Below, one piece after another: positions 25,610 through 39,500 of a stretch of 64,000 bases of DNA. The position numbers were made by a program, and so were the translations under genes. This DNA is from Balanoglossus misakiensis. Taxonomy: Eukaryota; Animalia; Hemichordata. The stretch is taken from the NCBI GenBank assembly GCA_040954595.2, contig CM082596.2, positions 11,449,992 through 11,513,991 of the forward strand. Reading direction: 5' to 3'. The notes beneath the pieces were generated by a model. It did no database searches and was not told the DNA's origin. It saw only the letters and a program-made list of their open reading frames with translations. Position 1 is the stretch's first letter. Each line of letters starts with the position of its first letter.

Positions 25610-28235
25610 TCAATCAATCAATCAGTCAATCAAAAGGACTTATAGAGCACCAAACTCCACTGCAATAGTGTTCAATAGCGCTTTACAATGTAAAGTTACT
25701 GTTAATAGGCTCTGTTAAACAGATAAGTCTTGATGTGTTTCTTGAAACTGTCAAGGCTAGGTGACTGGTATACTTCTATTGGGACATTGTTCCAAATGAG
25801 TGGGGCGATATACGAAAAAGCACGATCGCCGTACGTTTTCTTCTTACTCCATGGTACATGAAGTAGAAATTTGTCATTTGATCGAAGAAGTCTTGTTGAA
25901 GTTTTCAGATGGATTAAGTCAGTGATGTAAGCTGGTGCTGTGTTGTTTAATGCCTTATATGTCATAAGCAAGATCTTGTATTGGATTCTATAGTGTACAG
26001 GCAGCCAATGTAAATCCATGAGAACAAGAGTAATATGATCCGTTTTACGGGTACGAGGAACGATCCTGGCTGCAGAATTCAGGGCATGCTGTAGCGGTTG
26101 AATGCATGATGATGGTAAACCACAGAGTAGTGCATTACAGTAGTCCAGTTTTGATGTGATTAGAGCATGAACCAGCATCTGGCAAACTTCCTTAGTGAGG
26201 TAACGGCGAATGTGGCTGATTTGACGCAGATGGAAGAAAATTGACTTGCAAATTGCATTAATGTGCTTATTGAAAGTGTAATTGTCGTCGAATGTCACAC
26301 CTATATTCCGTGCAGAATTCACAATTTGAACACAACATGATCCAATGCTCATGTGGTTTATGGGACGAGGCGAGCGGTTGAACTGAGACCTTATCAGGAG
26401 TACCTCGGGTTTGCCACCATTGAGTTGAAGTTTATTATGTGTCATCCAGGTTTTTATTTCGTGAACTGCCCTTTCCATCTTGTCTAATGTACTATCCAGT
26501 GCCATACAAATATCGTTGTTGACTTTAGTAAGTGCTGTTTCGGTACTGTGATCCTTTCAGTACGCTGACTGCAGTGGTTCTTGTAGTGAGTTGGTAGTCA
26601 AATATGATGTCAGTTGTTGTGCTACAATCTTCCCGATTACTTTTGACAGGAAGGTTAGGTTTGAAACAGGTCTATAGTTCTTGAAAATGTTTTTGTCGAG
26701 CGAAGGTTTCTTGAGTACATTGGTGTGATGACTGCTATTTTAAGTTATTCAGGAACAGTTCCAGTTTTGAGTGACAAATTGATAATTGTGGCTATGATAG
26801 TGAGCAGATTACCAAGACATTGCTTAACAAGTGCTGTAGGGATGAGATCAAGTACACGTGTTTTAGATGGAGAGCCAGAGATAACTTTGCTGATTTCTTC
26901 GTCTTTAGCTGTGTGGAATTCAGGAAGTGTTGATGAGACTGCTGGGTGCAGAAATTGGTAATCTTTTGAAGTAGGGTTTACCATGTCAAGGCTGGAACGG
27001 ATAGACGTGATTTTAGTGATGAAATATTTACTGAATGAATCTGCTAAGTCTATTTTCGCAGTATGGTCAGGTAGAGTCTTTTCTTGTTGCTTGCCAGCCA
27101 TGGTTGATATGATTTGAAATAGTGACTTCTGGTTACCATACTTTTCCTCAATTAGATGTGAGAAGTATGACTTTTTGGCAGCTCTGATTAAGTGATTGAC
27201 ATTTCTGCACTCATGTTGATATATCTCACGATGAATCTTCAGTTTAGTTTTTCGCCACAGATGTTCAGCCTTCCGTCTATTCTTTTTTGCAATGTCGATT
27301 TCATGAGTATACCATTTGGTACCTGGACGTATGATCACTGTACGCTTTTGAAGTGGTGCGTGGGCTTGAAGAACTTCACTGACGTGTTGGTTATAAGCTG
27401 ATATGGCTGAGGAGAGGTCATTTGGAGGCTAGGACATTTGATGTATTTTGTCGAGATCATGGCTGAAACTATCAATTGAAATGGCAGATACGACGATAAG
27501 ATATTTGACGTCTACTGTGTGTTGGTTTCAGAAGAGCAAGTTTTGCATTGACAGGATTGTGATCAGAGAGTTCCAAGCAGTCTACAGAGACACTCTTGAT
27601 GTTAGACGCAGAGTTAGATAAGATGAGATCAAGAGTATGACCCTTTCTGTGTGTTGGTTGTTGGACCCATTGTTTCAGATTACAGGCGCTGATGATTCCA
27701 TTGAATTTCTGTGTTACTGGATTCTTATCATCTTCTAGGTGAATATTGAAATCTCCTACGATGAAGAGATTACTTGAGCAGGTGACATACTTCTCAAGTG
27801 TTGTACTGAACTCTTCCATGAACTGTGGTGCGGTGAATGTATTCTTAACTGATGTTGGTGGACGGTAGACAAGAATTATTTTCATGGAAAGTTTCTGGTG
27901 AAGAATAGTTGCTTCCGCTGTCTCAAAAGATTTAACAGAGAGAATGGGCTTCCAAGCTGTTAATTTTAGTGCTAGCTTATGAATTTAAGCTAAGTCTTCA
28001 CCGATCTTGCCAACCTCAGGTAGATGTTTGACAGCATAGCCTGGTGGTGTACATTCAGCCATTACGTGTTCGTCACCAGATTCCTTCAACCATGTTTCAG
28101 TGAGTACAAGAATATCAATGTCTTTATCTGTGATGTAGTCTGCAATGTCTAATGATTTGCATCTAGCTGAGCGGACATTCCATGTAGAGAGTAGAAGTTC
28201 ACACGTATTGTGGATAGGGTGGATCTTGAATACTG
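25610..28235 (-). mobile_element. Decayed L2/CR1-group LINE ORF2 (APE endonuclease plus RT with internal deletion), (ATTG)n tail
   Basis: [55 protein letters not shown] and YGDRAF motifs; (caat)n at 25610-25632. Confidence 0.92.
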
Positions 28236-31200
28236 CATAGTTACTCTTCAATAGATATTTAGTGACTCGCTAACTGTTGCGATTCGTGTGTGTGTAATTT
28301 ACGTACTTCAAGTTAAATATCGCAACTAGCCGTAATGTTTGACTAGGGGGAGCACCTATACTAATGCGAGAACCAGGGATTGAAAGTTGCACCTGTATTT
28401 TGATCCCTTAGTTACCCTTATAAGTACATTTGTAGTCTAATAACCATAGCTCTATTGCAAACCATTCTTTCCGTAGTTTCTTGTTTCAAATATTGTAATC
28501 TGAATTTATTTTGATGTTTAACAGGTGTGATTATCTGTATTTGCGACCATTTTGAAAAAAATTGGTTGCCATGGAAACTCTTCAACAGATATTTAGTGAC
28601 CGGACGCGCAGTGTTTCCGGTTTATGTTCTGCACGTACATCCTTGATGAAGTTTGCTGGCTAGAGGGCTCCTAAACCTCCCTAATATTTGACGTCTTCAC
28701 TCCTACAGGACTGCGCAGCTGGAAGTTAAAGTTCAGCATGTTCTGAAGCATGCACGCTGTGTCCAGGGGTTTCATGTGTGGAACAGCCAGCCTCTCATCA
28801 CCAACATAATGCGGACTGGGATATTTTGCCAACAATGGAAGTATAGACTGTACGCCTTGTCCTGCCCCGGGTATAAGTGCCAATATGATGGTATGTCGGA
28901 GCCAGAGGTGTGTGAAGATGGATACTACACTAATATAGATGATGAGTCAGCACTTAAAGTTTGGGCATTACTGAGTAATCTTTCACTTAAGGCGGACGAT
29001 CATCTTATGTGCATGTACGTAATTCTGTGCGTACAAACATTACGTCCAGTCCAAATATTCTGCCAATTTTACATCCAATGCATTCAAATAGTGGACTGCT
29101 TCGCTTTCATCCAGTTTTCATGTGCATCGTATAAGTAGACTATTGTTTTGTCCCGTCTTTTCACCAAATTTGCTCTTTTCCAAATCTCCGACACAGACTA
29201 TGATCGTCAAGATCTTGTCTGTTGTTAGAACAGCACACTGCCGTATGGCATTGACTGTATACAGTTTCTGTTACCAATATCTCTGGTTTGGCATTTTCCT
29301 GTCCTCGAAATCAATCCAGAGATTTTTGTCTCCCCAACCCACGTGAGAATCCCACGTCTTTGAAGGTATGACTGTGACTATAAGATTCTATAAATCTCTG
29401 TTTATTTTCAGCACAAATATCATGTGCTGATTGCCCAGCTGGTAACCTATGTCCAAATGGTAACACTGTGATTTTATGCTCGGCTGGTTATTACAGTTCG
29501 GCTTTGGACAAAGGATGTCTCGCTGTACCTCTTGCATAACAGGTAAACTTCTACCCACCCACCTTTATTTCCAACATCAAACATTAGGTCAGGTAATTTA
29601 CTAACTGAAAAATAGGATGGGAACATTTTCTATTTCTGTATTTAAAATTTACTGATATAATATATGAATAAAAAAATGACAATTTTTCCAAATTTGAATA
29701 GACCTCTATTTATGAAAATAATTAAAATTTGCACCAAATTTTTACAGTGGTATTCAAAGGTTAACTTGGTGTGTAAATTCTCTGTTTGATTTACAGATCA
29801 GCTGGTGCTGAACATTGTACTATTTGTGAGCAAGGGTACGCCTGCACAGATCAGTGTACATCGCAATTCAAGTGTACCAAGGGTTACGTGTCATTGGCTG
29901 GTGCAACAAACTGTACCATATGTACAAATGGTAAGATTGTGGTACTTGTTCAGTTTGCTGTGTGATGAAACTGAGGGGTATGTGTGTATGCATGTATGTG
30001 TTTACAACAGATTTTTAAGTCAGTGCGACTGGGGGTATGTGTGTGTGTGTGTATGTATGTATGTGTTTACAACAGATTATCAACTCAGTGCGAGATCTTG
30101 CGAGACCCGGTTAGCCATGTGAGATCTCGCAGAGTCTTATGATATTCAGAAAATGGTTGATTAGAAATGACGTTTAATGTCCTCCAAAGAATTTTCTACA
30201 TGCCTGTATACTTGTCTCAGAATTATGAAGTGAATCATCTCAAGTAATTTGTTATTTTAAATGACACTGTATCACAAATGCATCACTAAAAACCTCATTT
30301 TCTTTAATCAGATGAAATAAGTGAGGAGCCTGCACGCACATCCTGTCTTCTGTGCCCTGCTGGACAATCGTGTTCAGATCCAATGTAAGATCCGCTCGAC
30401 TGTGGCAATGGTGAATATGCTATGGAAGGCGACGGCACATGCACGCCTTGTCCAGCGGGATCCAAGTGTCCAACCATGTCACCCGTAGTGGATTGTTCAA
30501 CAGTTACTGGTAAGTTGGGCTGCAAATCACTCTTGTGACTACCCTGTGTTATAGCATGGCATACACAGAAAATTAAACTGTTATGCTCATTGGAGTTGAT
30601 ATTGTGATGCACTTTGAAAAACACAATGATTCCACTGAAGAGGTATTGTACAGTAAAACCTGTGATTACGGACATCTCTCTAATAAGGGATCGTTGGACC
30701 AAACCATGGTGGTAAACATCGTTCTTTGAATTTTTGCTGTGATAGGTTCATACTCGCTAGGTTCGGCCACGTCCTTCTGGTTATGAATGCACAACTACAA
30801 GTGTCACACAGTGAGCTACAGGGCAGTAAAGTGCTGAAGGAGGTAAGTCTTGAAATCCCTTTTCTTGTTGTCTCGATTTGAACATGGTTCCACAAGTTGT
30901 TTACATCACTTGTAGTTTTACATATTTTTTGAGTTCAACAGCTAGCTATACATGGTGTCCTGAGAAGTCAACCAGTATGAGAAGTCGGTCTCGGCCAGTA
31001 CGAGAAGTCGGCCTGTGGGAGAGAACCCTGGTACTTTGTGTTATATATAACTGTTACACTACGAAATGTTTCTTTGATGTACAGGAGCTGAGATATTTGT
31101 ACAAATAGCCGATGAATTTTAAAACTGTCTGTTCACTTTTCATGTACGTCACCGGGGTACGTCAACATCAGTCACCTGCACTTCTTGAGCTGCGCCAGTA

Positions 31201-34200
31201 GTCTGTTCCTCGTCACGTTTGTTTGTTTGTTTGTTTGTTTGGTGTTGTCTCAGAAAGTATGAATATACACATACATCTTCTATGTATTTTAGTAGGCTTT
31301 GAAACAACTCCCTTTAATCAGAAATGTCACAGGAATTTGGCGAACAACCTAAGCTCCTTACGCGGATACGGGGCTGGGGAACCGGTACGGATGCCAGACG
31401 CCATTATTTGAAATAACGCCATTGTATTGTCAAGAATTTGGGAAATCCGTCCAAATGAAAATATTTAGTGCAATTATATTTTATTAAGTGTTTTTATAAG
31501 TAATCTGGGTCATTACTGCACTATTCGGGTACAAGTTCAACAACTGGCCGACTTCTCATGCGCGCATACTGGCCGACTTCTAATCTGGCCGACTTCTCAT
31601 GTATTCCTATTCATTAGTGAAAATTGGGGAAACTGGTGTTTTCAGACAACTTATGAAGTCCTTGTCTCAATGGAGGTACCTGCCAACAACAGGTAAATTC
31701 TTGTACTGCCACAATTTGCATGTGCACAGAGTGTTACTAGGGAACCAGGTGTGAGACAACGAAGTTTGAATCTGTAGCAGTTAATAATGATAATTATCAT
31801 TTTTTTATTATGATTTAAACTTCACTGATGTTGTACAAACACAAAAATAGAAAGGGATAGCAGCTTAGCTCTATTCCGTTTCGAAAGTTTTTGTTCTTTT
31901 AAACTACCTGTGCATTTTTTTTATTTATTCTGATTATGCTAATATGCTAATTTGTCGGTTTGTCACATCACAATTTTGTAGGAAACTCACCCCTGGGAAT
32001 TTTTTTCAGCCACTTACATACATTCATAATCACATGACATTGATGATCATGGAAAATTTGACCCTTTTCCTTGTAGGACTCAACCAGTGTCAACCAAATC
32101 CGTGCCAGAATGGTGGCTTCTGTCAACCGGCTCGAAATTCCTGCTTTGATCTCACCTGCATATGTACTGGTTGCTACAAAGGTGATAGGTGTGAGATATG
32201 TAAGTATACAGCGCAGTCTCTTTTACCTTTTGTCTCTGATGCATTCAAATACTGCATGTTTTCCTGAGCATAGGTGTAGCCACAGCAGAGCTTGGAGAGT
32301 TCTTGACATCGAATGCAAGATTACACTCTTCCCAATCAAAATCACTTTCGTGGCGCATAATGTCTTGATTGTCTTGGTTCAAGAAACATTATGCGCGACT
32401 GGCCAATTCTACTGCCTTTTGTCAACACACATCCACTATGGAAATTCTCACTCCAGGCCAGATAGTGTAAATTTACATATGAGTCTACAGGTGTGCTTGA
32501 AGTCAAGTCAAGCATTTGCAAGGAACCCTCCTCCAGTACACAGGTCTTTGATTTCATGAAGGGAAGCCCTTGCCTCACAGTCACTGCCACATGATCTATG
32601 GAGGTGTGAACAACTTGATACCAGCCTAATATAAGTTGTAGGCTCAATCACTCCACACACCCTTGCCATAATTCTGCAAGGTTTTTGCCATATCTGTACT
32701 GTAGAATGAGTAGCAAGGAATAAAATGGCGTCCTTTCTTAATTTCCGGTGCAAAACCCCTGTGATCCAAACCCATGTATGAATGGTGGATTTTGCCAGCA
32801 AACATCGTGCAATTTCTATTCATGCCAGTGTGTGAACTCTTACACAGGTGACATCTGTCAAACCATAGACCCTAGAGAAAGAAGGACGAGCAACTGAGGC
32901 AAAGATCAAAGGGTTTGGGGATTATCTGTATGATGATGTTTTTTTGCATATAATTAACACCCAGGACAGTTGGACAATGACTTCCTTACTTCGGCACTTG
33001 TCGACCCCACCAGTGATGCGAAAACTTGCCACCAAACTAGCACTCCTGCATTTCAGCAGCCACTGCGTTTTTTTCTAAAATTCTAAAAGTATTATGATGT
33101 CTGTGCTAATTATTATGGTTTGGTGTTCGTCTGTCGGTTGAACGGTCATTTCTAGTGCCACAAGCTTCATTTAAAAGTTGTAAACAAATCATCCATGTTT
33201 TTTGCATGTCCGACTGGGCACTCATATTTCTTGGTAACGCTGACACTTTTCGTAATAATTTTATGTTTGCGTGAATTATTGAAATAAAAATTGTGGTTTA
33301 GGGGCATTTTATTTCGCAGTGCGTGAACAATAAAACAGATTTCACGAAAACAATTTGTAAACAAACTGGGTGGATTTTCATGTGTGCGCTATGGCCGCCA
33401 GGCAACCCTCGGTACGGTTAGCCTTGTGAAATACCCGGACTGTTAGACAAAAGATGCTTGTTTTGGACGCTGTCAGACTCAGAGGTGCCAAATTCCTGTT
33501 TAACTTGTCCAGATGTGTTCCATAAATGATCGCTGCGTTCAACCACGTTGCAGTTTTCTCGTCTCCTGCGAGATGTTCTGAGGTGTTGTGATAACTTCAC
33601 GCAAAACACGAGACTTTGCGTTAGTTTATACACAGTTTATTTGCAAATTGGATTATTGGGATTTATCTGGAAATAATGTATGCAAAAGAACATCATTTCA
33701 AGAAAAAACTGGAGTTGCGCGTCCTTCTTTCTCTAGGGTCCATGGTCAAACAAGTGAGTATATACTTTCAAGACACCCTGCAAACAAACAAGCAATCTTC
33801 ATTCCGTATATCTTTTAAGCTTATTTATACATTGTAAATTTTGATGTGAAACTTCAAATTTTATTGGTCTTGTTGCCAAACTTCTGAAGAAATGAGGATA
33901 TTGTTTTGAAGGGTATTTTATCAGTAGATAACAAATACCATGGCCCTCCATGCAAATACCCACATGGTAAATTAAAACTGTTACAGATGTATTTGATTTC
34001 CACATATTGATTACATGTGGGATAATATTGGGTGCTGGCAGTTTCAGTAAATGAACTGCTCTTAAAAGTTGGGCGTCAGGGCACCCTTGATTTTGCCTGT
34101 TCCAAGCTAGAATGGTCTGTCCATATGAATATTTGTTCAGCAAGTTACAACCAATCTTTTAAGTTTGGAATGAAAAAATAGTGAAATGACTTGTGATGAT

Positions 34201-36071
34201 AATATGCAATTGTTTGTTGATTTACATGCAACCTCCAGGACTCGATCAATGTTCTCCCAATCCGTGCATGAACAACGGTATCTGTGAGCCAATCAGTGGA
34301 TCGTGCAGTGCGTTTACCTGTCGCTGTCAAGGCTGTTTCATTGGAATCACCTGTGACCAAGGTAAATTTATCAGACGAGGAACTGTTTTTCCCCCCTCAT
34401 ACCGGTATATTTGTCATAGCTGGCAGCTATGAAATAACCTGTATATTTAGGATGTGACAAACCAAATAGGCACTTTCAGGAATTGAGTCTTTTTTCAATT
34501 ACCAAAGTCCTAAACTCCCAAAAGTATAATAAGTAATTCTTATTGTTCAGTTATACATTAAGGAGGCTTAGTTATAGAAGAACCCGATAGAACCACAGCT
34601 GTAGGAATTAAGGAAATGGTCATACCCTAAAAACTTATGTCACTACTATTTTTTTTTTTCATTCCATTGAAACAGAACAAACTTCATGTAGGCCAATTCC
34701 ATGCCTGAACAATGGGCAGTGTACTCGGCTGTCATGTACAACGAACTTGTGAGAAAGTGTACGAAGCTGGGTGTTTTTATCACTCAAAGATACAAGAGTT
34801 GCCTCTTGAAGACTAGTGTCTGTAGAGATAATTGTGCATGTGAGGTAATCTCTCCTAAGGTGGTCCACACATCTGAGTATTAAGTAAAAGAGACGTCCTT
34901 AATTATCCTTACTATTTGGCTTGAAAAATCAATCTTACTAGGTGTTCTGATTAGAGAGGTGTCCATAAAGACAGGTTTTACTGTATTACCCAAAAATAGA
35001 GACATTGTCCCTTCATCATATACTTAATTCGTGTTCTGGGTATGGTTCCAGTATAATCAAAGGATTTTGTTGTGGTGCAGGAATCATCTTTAGTTGAGGT
35101 GTAGCCATCTGCATTTCATGTTTTTTAAACCATCTTTTTCTGATAGTCATTAACCCATGTGATCAGAATCCGTGTCAAAATGGAGGCTATTGTTCCCAAA
35201 CACCAAATTCTTATACTGACTACACCTGTTACTGCCAGTAGTGTTGGACTGGGGCCATCTGTGCCGTAGGTGTGTCGAATTCAACTGTTTTATGACACAG
35301 CGTGGTATATAAACCCTCATTTTTGGTATTCTCAATGTGATAGATGGACCCATACACCAATAAATGGGGTGGAAGCATTACAAAGTTTCATCCTTTCAAA
35401 ATTTGCTGATGTAGGGTCAAAATTGAGTGTGAGGTGCACGTTAAAAAGGAAAGCCTTCTGTATCATGTTGATGGCACATTTTTTAATTTTTCAAGATTCT
35501 TACAGAAAAATCCTAGCAGCATTATGTTATTTTAAATGTACAGGTTTGAAACAAGGAATGAAGACATTGCTCACATATATAATTTAAACAAAATGAACAT
35601 CACAAGTACATGTACAAGTTTTTGACAAGCAGGTCATTGATACTTTCATTTTTGTTTTGGCAGCCATTGATCAGTTATACTCTATGCCTTGTCAAAATGT
35701 GGTGGCACATGCGTTGCGTGAGACGGCTGTTTCCTGTTTGACTGTATGTGTACCGAATGCTTCACTGGTGCCACATGTACAATGCGTAAGTACAAACCAA
35801 TATTATTTTATTCAATGCAAAACACTTGTTATGTATTATATAATATAAATACGGTACACGTATTAAAGCCCTGGTAACTCAAACTTTGGGCTAGCTTAAT
35901 GTTATCACTATTTTTGTTTTCGGTTGCAACTGTGGTTTCTTGTCACACTCTAAAGGATTTGACAGCATTTGGTTTTTCAAAACAGCCCTTTGGTTGTTGT
36001 CAGGTATACATGTACATGACTGTGGAGTGTAGTTTGCAGATTCTGTAATTTTGACAATATCTTGACTGCAC
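28236..36071 (+). repeat. Segmental duplication, copy 2
   Basis: Same sequence as 9458-18310, with reciprocal indels. Confidence 0.95.
28709..30509 (+). pseudogene. Duplicated GCC2/GCC3-repeat pseudo-exons
   Basis: Copy of 9931-11731 carrying the same stops and frameshifts. Confidence 0.85.
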
Positions 36072-36430
36072 TGTTCCAGTGATTTTCTGTAGATTTTAAC
36101 TCCTGCTTTTTCAAAATAATGTTCAGAAGTTCTCAACTTTCTCAACAACCCATACAGGAAACCGGCAATGGTGTGGATGTTCACATCCCATCTATTTTGA
36201 GGGGCCTTTATCAGTGAATTTGTGTGTCTGTGTGTTTCAGTGCTTTGAGCCTATAGTGATGTTTTCCTGCTCAATATTCTTTCTTTTTGTCTATACAGGA
36301 ATCAACCAGACAACCAGTGTGTACCCTCTCCTTGCCTAAACAGTGGAATTTGCTCGCAAGTACCGGGTTCCTGTACACAGTTTACATGTTATTGTTTCAA
36401 CTGCTATACTGGTGACACATGCACTGACCA
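31657..36430 (+). pseudogene. Second set of EGF-like exons: partial 31657-31760, 32077-32199, ~32749-32866, 34239-34361, 35147-35269, ~35662-35785, 36299-36430
   Basis: GLNQCQPNPCQNGGFCQPARNSCFDLTCICTGCYKGDRCEI and GLDQCSPNPCMNNGICEPISGSCSAFTCRCQGCFIGITCDQ are intact. Others have stops or lost splice donors. Confidence 0.87.
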
Positions 36431-36539
36431 TAAGCCTATAACCCCATTTTCTACGGTTTTCTGTAATATTTTAACATTTATTATTAGAGAGTGATGCAGA
36501 GAGAGAATGGGATGGAGAATGAGGGGGAGGAGAAGAGAG

Positions 36540-39500
36540 AGTTCAAGGGTCAAGGGTTAGAGTTCAAGGGTCTAAGTTCAAGGGTTAGAGTTAAAGAGTT
36601 GGAGATCGAGGGTCAAGGGTCAAGGGTAAGAGCTCAAGGGTCAAAGTTTGGAGTTCATGGGTCAAAGGTTCAATGGTTAGAGTCCAAGGTTCAAGGGGTC
36701 AAGGGTTAGAGTTCAAGAGTTGGAGATCGAGGGTCAAGGGTAAGAGCTCAAGGGTCAAGGGTTAAAGTTCATGGGTCAAAGGTTCAATGGTTAGAGTCCA
36801 ACGTTCAAGGGGTCAAGGATCAAGGAATAGAGTTCAATGGTCAAAGGTCAAGGGTTAGAGTTCAAGAGTTGGAGATCGAGGGTCAAGGGGGTCAAGGGTC
36901 AAGGGTATGAGCACAAGGATCAAGGGTTAGAGTTCAATGGTCAAGGGGTCAAGGGTCAAGGATTTGAGTTCAACGGTCAAGGGTTAGAGTTCACGAGCCA
37001 ATGATTTGAGTTCAAGGGTCAAAAGTCAAGGGTACGAGTTCAAGAGTTGGAGATCGAGGGTCAAGGGGGTCAAGGGTAGGAGCACAAGGATCAAGGGTTA
37101 GAGTTCAAGGGGTCAAGGGTCAAGGATTTGAGTTCAACGGTCAAGGGTTAGAGTTCACGAGTCAAGGATTTGAGTTCAAGGGTCAAAGGTCAAGGGTTAG
37201 AGTTCAAGAGTTGGAGATCAAGGGTCAAAGGTCAAGGATTAGAGTTCACGAGCCAAGGATTTGAGTTCAAGGGTTAGAGTTCGCGAGTCAAGGGTAAGAG
37301 TCAAGGGTCTAAGGTCAAGGGTTAGAGTTCAAGAGTTGAAGATCAAGGGTCAAAGGTCAATGATTATAGTTGATGGGTCAACAGTTGACGTTCAAGGATT
37401 AGAGTTTAAGGGTCATGGGTTTAAGGGACAAGCATTAAGGGTCAGTTTTCAAGTTTAGGGTTTAAGGGTAAAGAGTTTTGTTTCCAGGGTCAAAGGTTAG
37501 ATTTCCAAGGTCAAGGGTTAGAGATCAAATGTCAAGGGTAAGAGGTCAAGGGTAAGAGTTCAAGGATCAAGAGTAAAAGCTCATGTGTCAAGGGTTGGAG
37601 TTCATGGGTCCAAGGTTCAAGTGGTCAAGGATCAAGGGTTAGAGTTCAATGGTAAAGGATTAGAGGTCAAGGGTTAGAGTTTAAGAGCTGGAGATCGAGG
37701 GTCAAGGGGTCAAGGGTCAAAGGTCAAGGATTATAGTTGATGGGTCAACAGTTTGCGTTCAAGGATTAGAGTTTAATGGTCAAGGGTTCTAGGGTCATGG
37801 GTTTAAGGGTCAAGCATTAAGGGTCAGTTGTCAAGTTTAGGGTTTAAGGGTCAAGAGTTTTGTTTCAAGGGTCAAGGGTTAGATTTCAAGGGTCAAAGGT
37901 CAATGGTTAGAGATCCAATGTCAAGGTTAAGAGTTCAAGGGTCAAATGTTAGAGTTCAAGGGTCAAAGTTCAAGGGTTAGAGTTAAAGAGATGGAGATCG
38001 AGGGTCAAGGGTCAGGGGTTGGAGTTCATGGGTCAGAGGTTCAATGGTTAGAGTCCAAGGTTCAAGGGGTCAAGGATTAGAGTTCACGGGTCAAAGGTCA
38101 AGGGTTAGAGTTCAAGAGTTGGAGATCGAGGGTCAAGGGTTTGAGTTCAATGGTCAAGGGGTCATGGGTCAAGAATTTGAGTTCAAGGGTCAAGGGTTAG
38201 AGTTCACGAGCCAAGGATTTGAGTTCAAGGGTTAGAGTTCACGAGTCAAGGGTTAGAGTTCAAGGGTCTAAGGTCAATGGTTAGAGTTCAAGAGTTGGAG
38301 ATCAAGGGTCAAAGGTCAATGATTATAGTTGATGGGTCAACAGTTGACGTTCAAGGGTTAGAGTTTAAGGGTCAAGGGTTTAAGGGACAAGCATAAAGGG
38401 TCAGTTGTCCAGTTTAGGGTTTAAGGGTCAAGAGTTTTGTTTCAAGGGTCAAAGGTTAGATTTCAAAGGTCAAGGGTTAGAGATCAAATGTCAAGGGTAA
38501 GAGGTCAAGGGTAAGAGGTCAAGGGTAAGAGCTCATGGGTCAAGGGTTGGAGTTCATGGGTCCAAGGTTCAAGTGGTCAAGGATCGAGGGTTAGAGTTCA
38601 ATGGTAAAGGATTAGAGGTCAAGGGTTAGAGTTTAAAAGTTGTAGATCGAGGGTCAAGGGTCAAAGGTCAAGGATTATAGTTGATGGGTCAACAGTTGGC
38701 GTTCAAGGGTTAGAGTTTAATGGTCAAGGGTTCTAGGGTCATGGGTTTAAGGGTCAAGCATTAAGGGTCAGTTGTCAAGTTTAGGGTTTAAGGGTCAAGA
38801 GTTTTGTTTCAAGGGTCAAGGGTTAGATTTCAAGGGTCAAAGGTCTAGGGTAAGAGATCAAATGTCAAGGGTAAGAGTTCAAGGGTCAAATGTTAGAGTT
38901 CAAGGGTCAGAGTTCAAGGGTCAAAGGTCAAGGGTTATAGATCAAGCGACGATGGTAAGAGTTCAAGGGTCAAATGTTAGAGTTCAAGGATTGGAGTTCA
39001 TGGGTCAGAGGTTCAATGGTTAGAGTCCAAGGTTCAAGGGGTCAAGTATTAGAGTTCAAGGGTCAAAGGTTAGAGTTCAAGAGTTGGAGATCGAGGGTCA
39101 AGGGTTAGAGTCCAAGGTTCAAGGGGTCAAGGATCTAGGGTTAGAGTTCAATGGTCAAGGGGTCATGGGTCAAGAATTTGAGTTCAAGGGTCAAAGGTCA
39201 AGGGTTAGAGATCAAATGTCAAGGGTAAGAGTTCAAGGGTCAAATGTTAGAGTTCAAGGGTTAGAGGTCAAAGGTCAAGGGTTATAGATCAAGCGACGAT
39301 GGTAAGAGTTCAAGGGTCAAATGTTAGAGTTCAAGGGTCAAAGGTCAAGGGTTAGAGTTAAAGAGTTGGCGATCGAGGGTCAAGGGTTGGAGTTCATGGG
39401 TCAGAGGTTCAATGGTTAGAGTCCAAGGTTCAAGGGGTCAAGGATTAGAGTTCAGGGGTCAAAGGTCAAGGGTTAGAGTTCCAGAGTTGGAGATCAAGGG

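Noticed and set aside
32867-33421. Possible Academ-like insertion (tagacc...cggtta)
   Set aside because: The terminal inverted match is too weak and no clear TSD is visible.
9931-36430. A functional gene assembled from the intact exons
   Set aside because: No start, signal-peptide or terminal exon was seen, and many exons have stops, frameshifts or broken splice sites. RNA-seq would be needed to overturn this.
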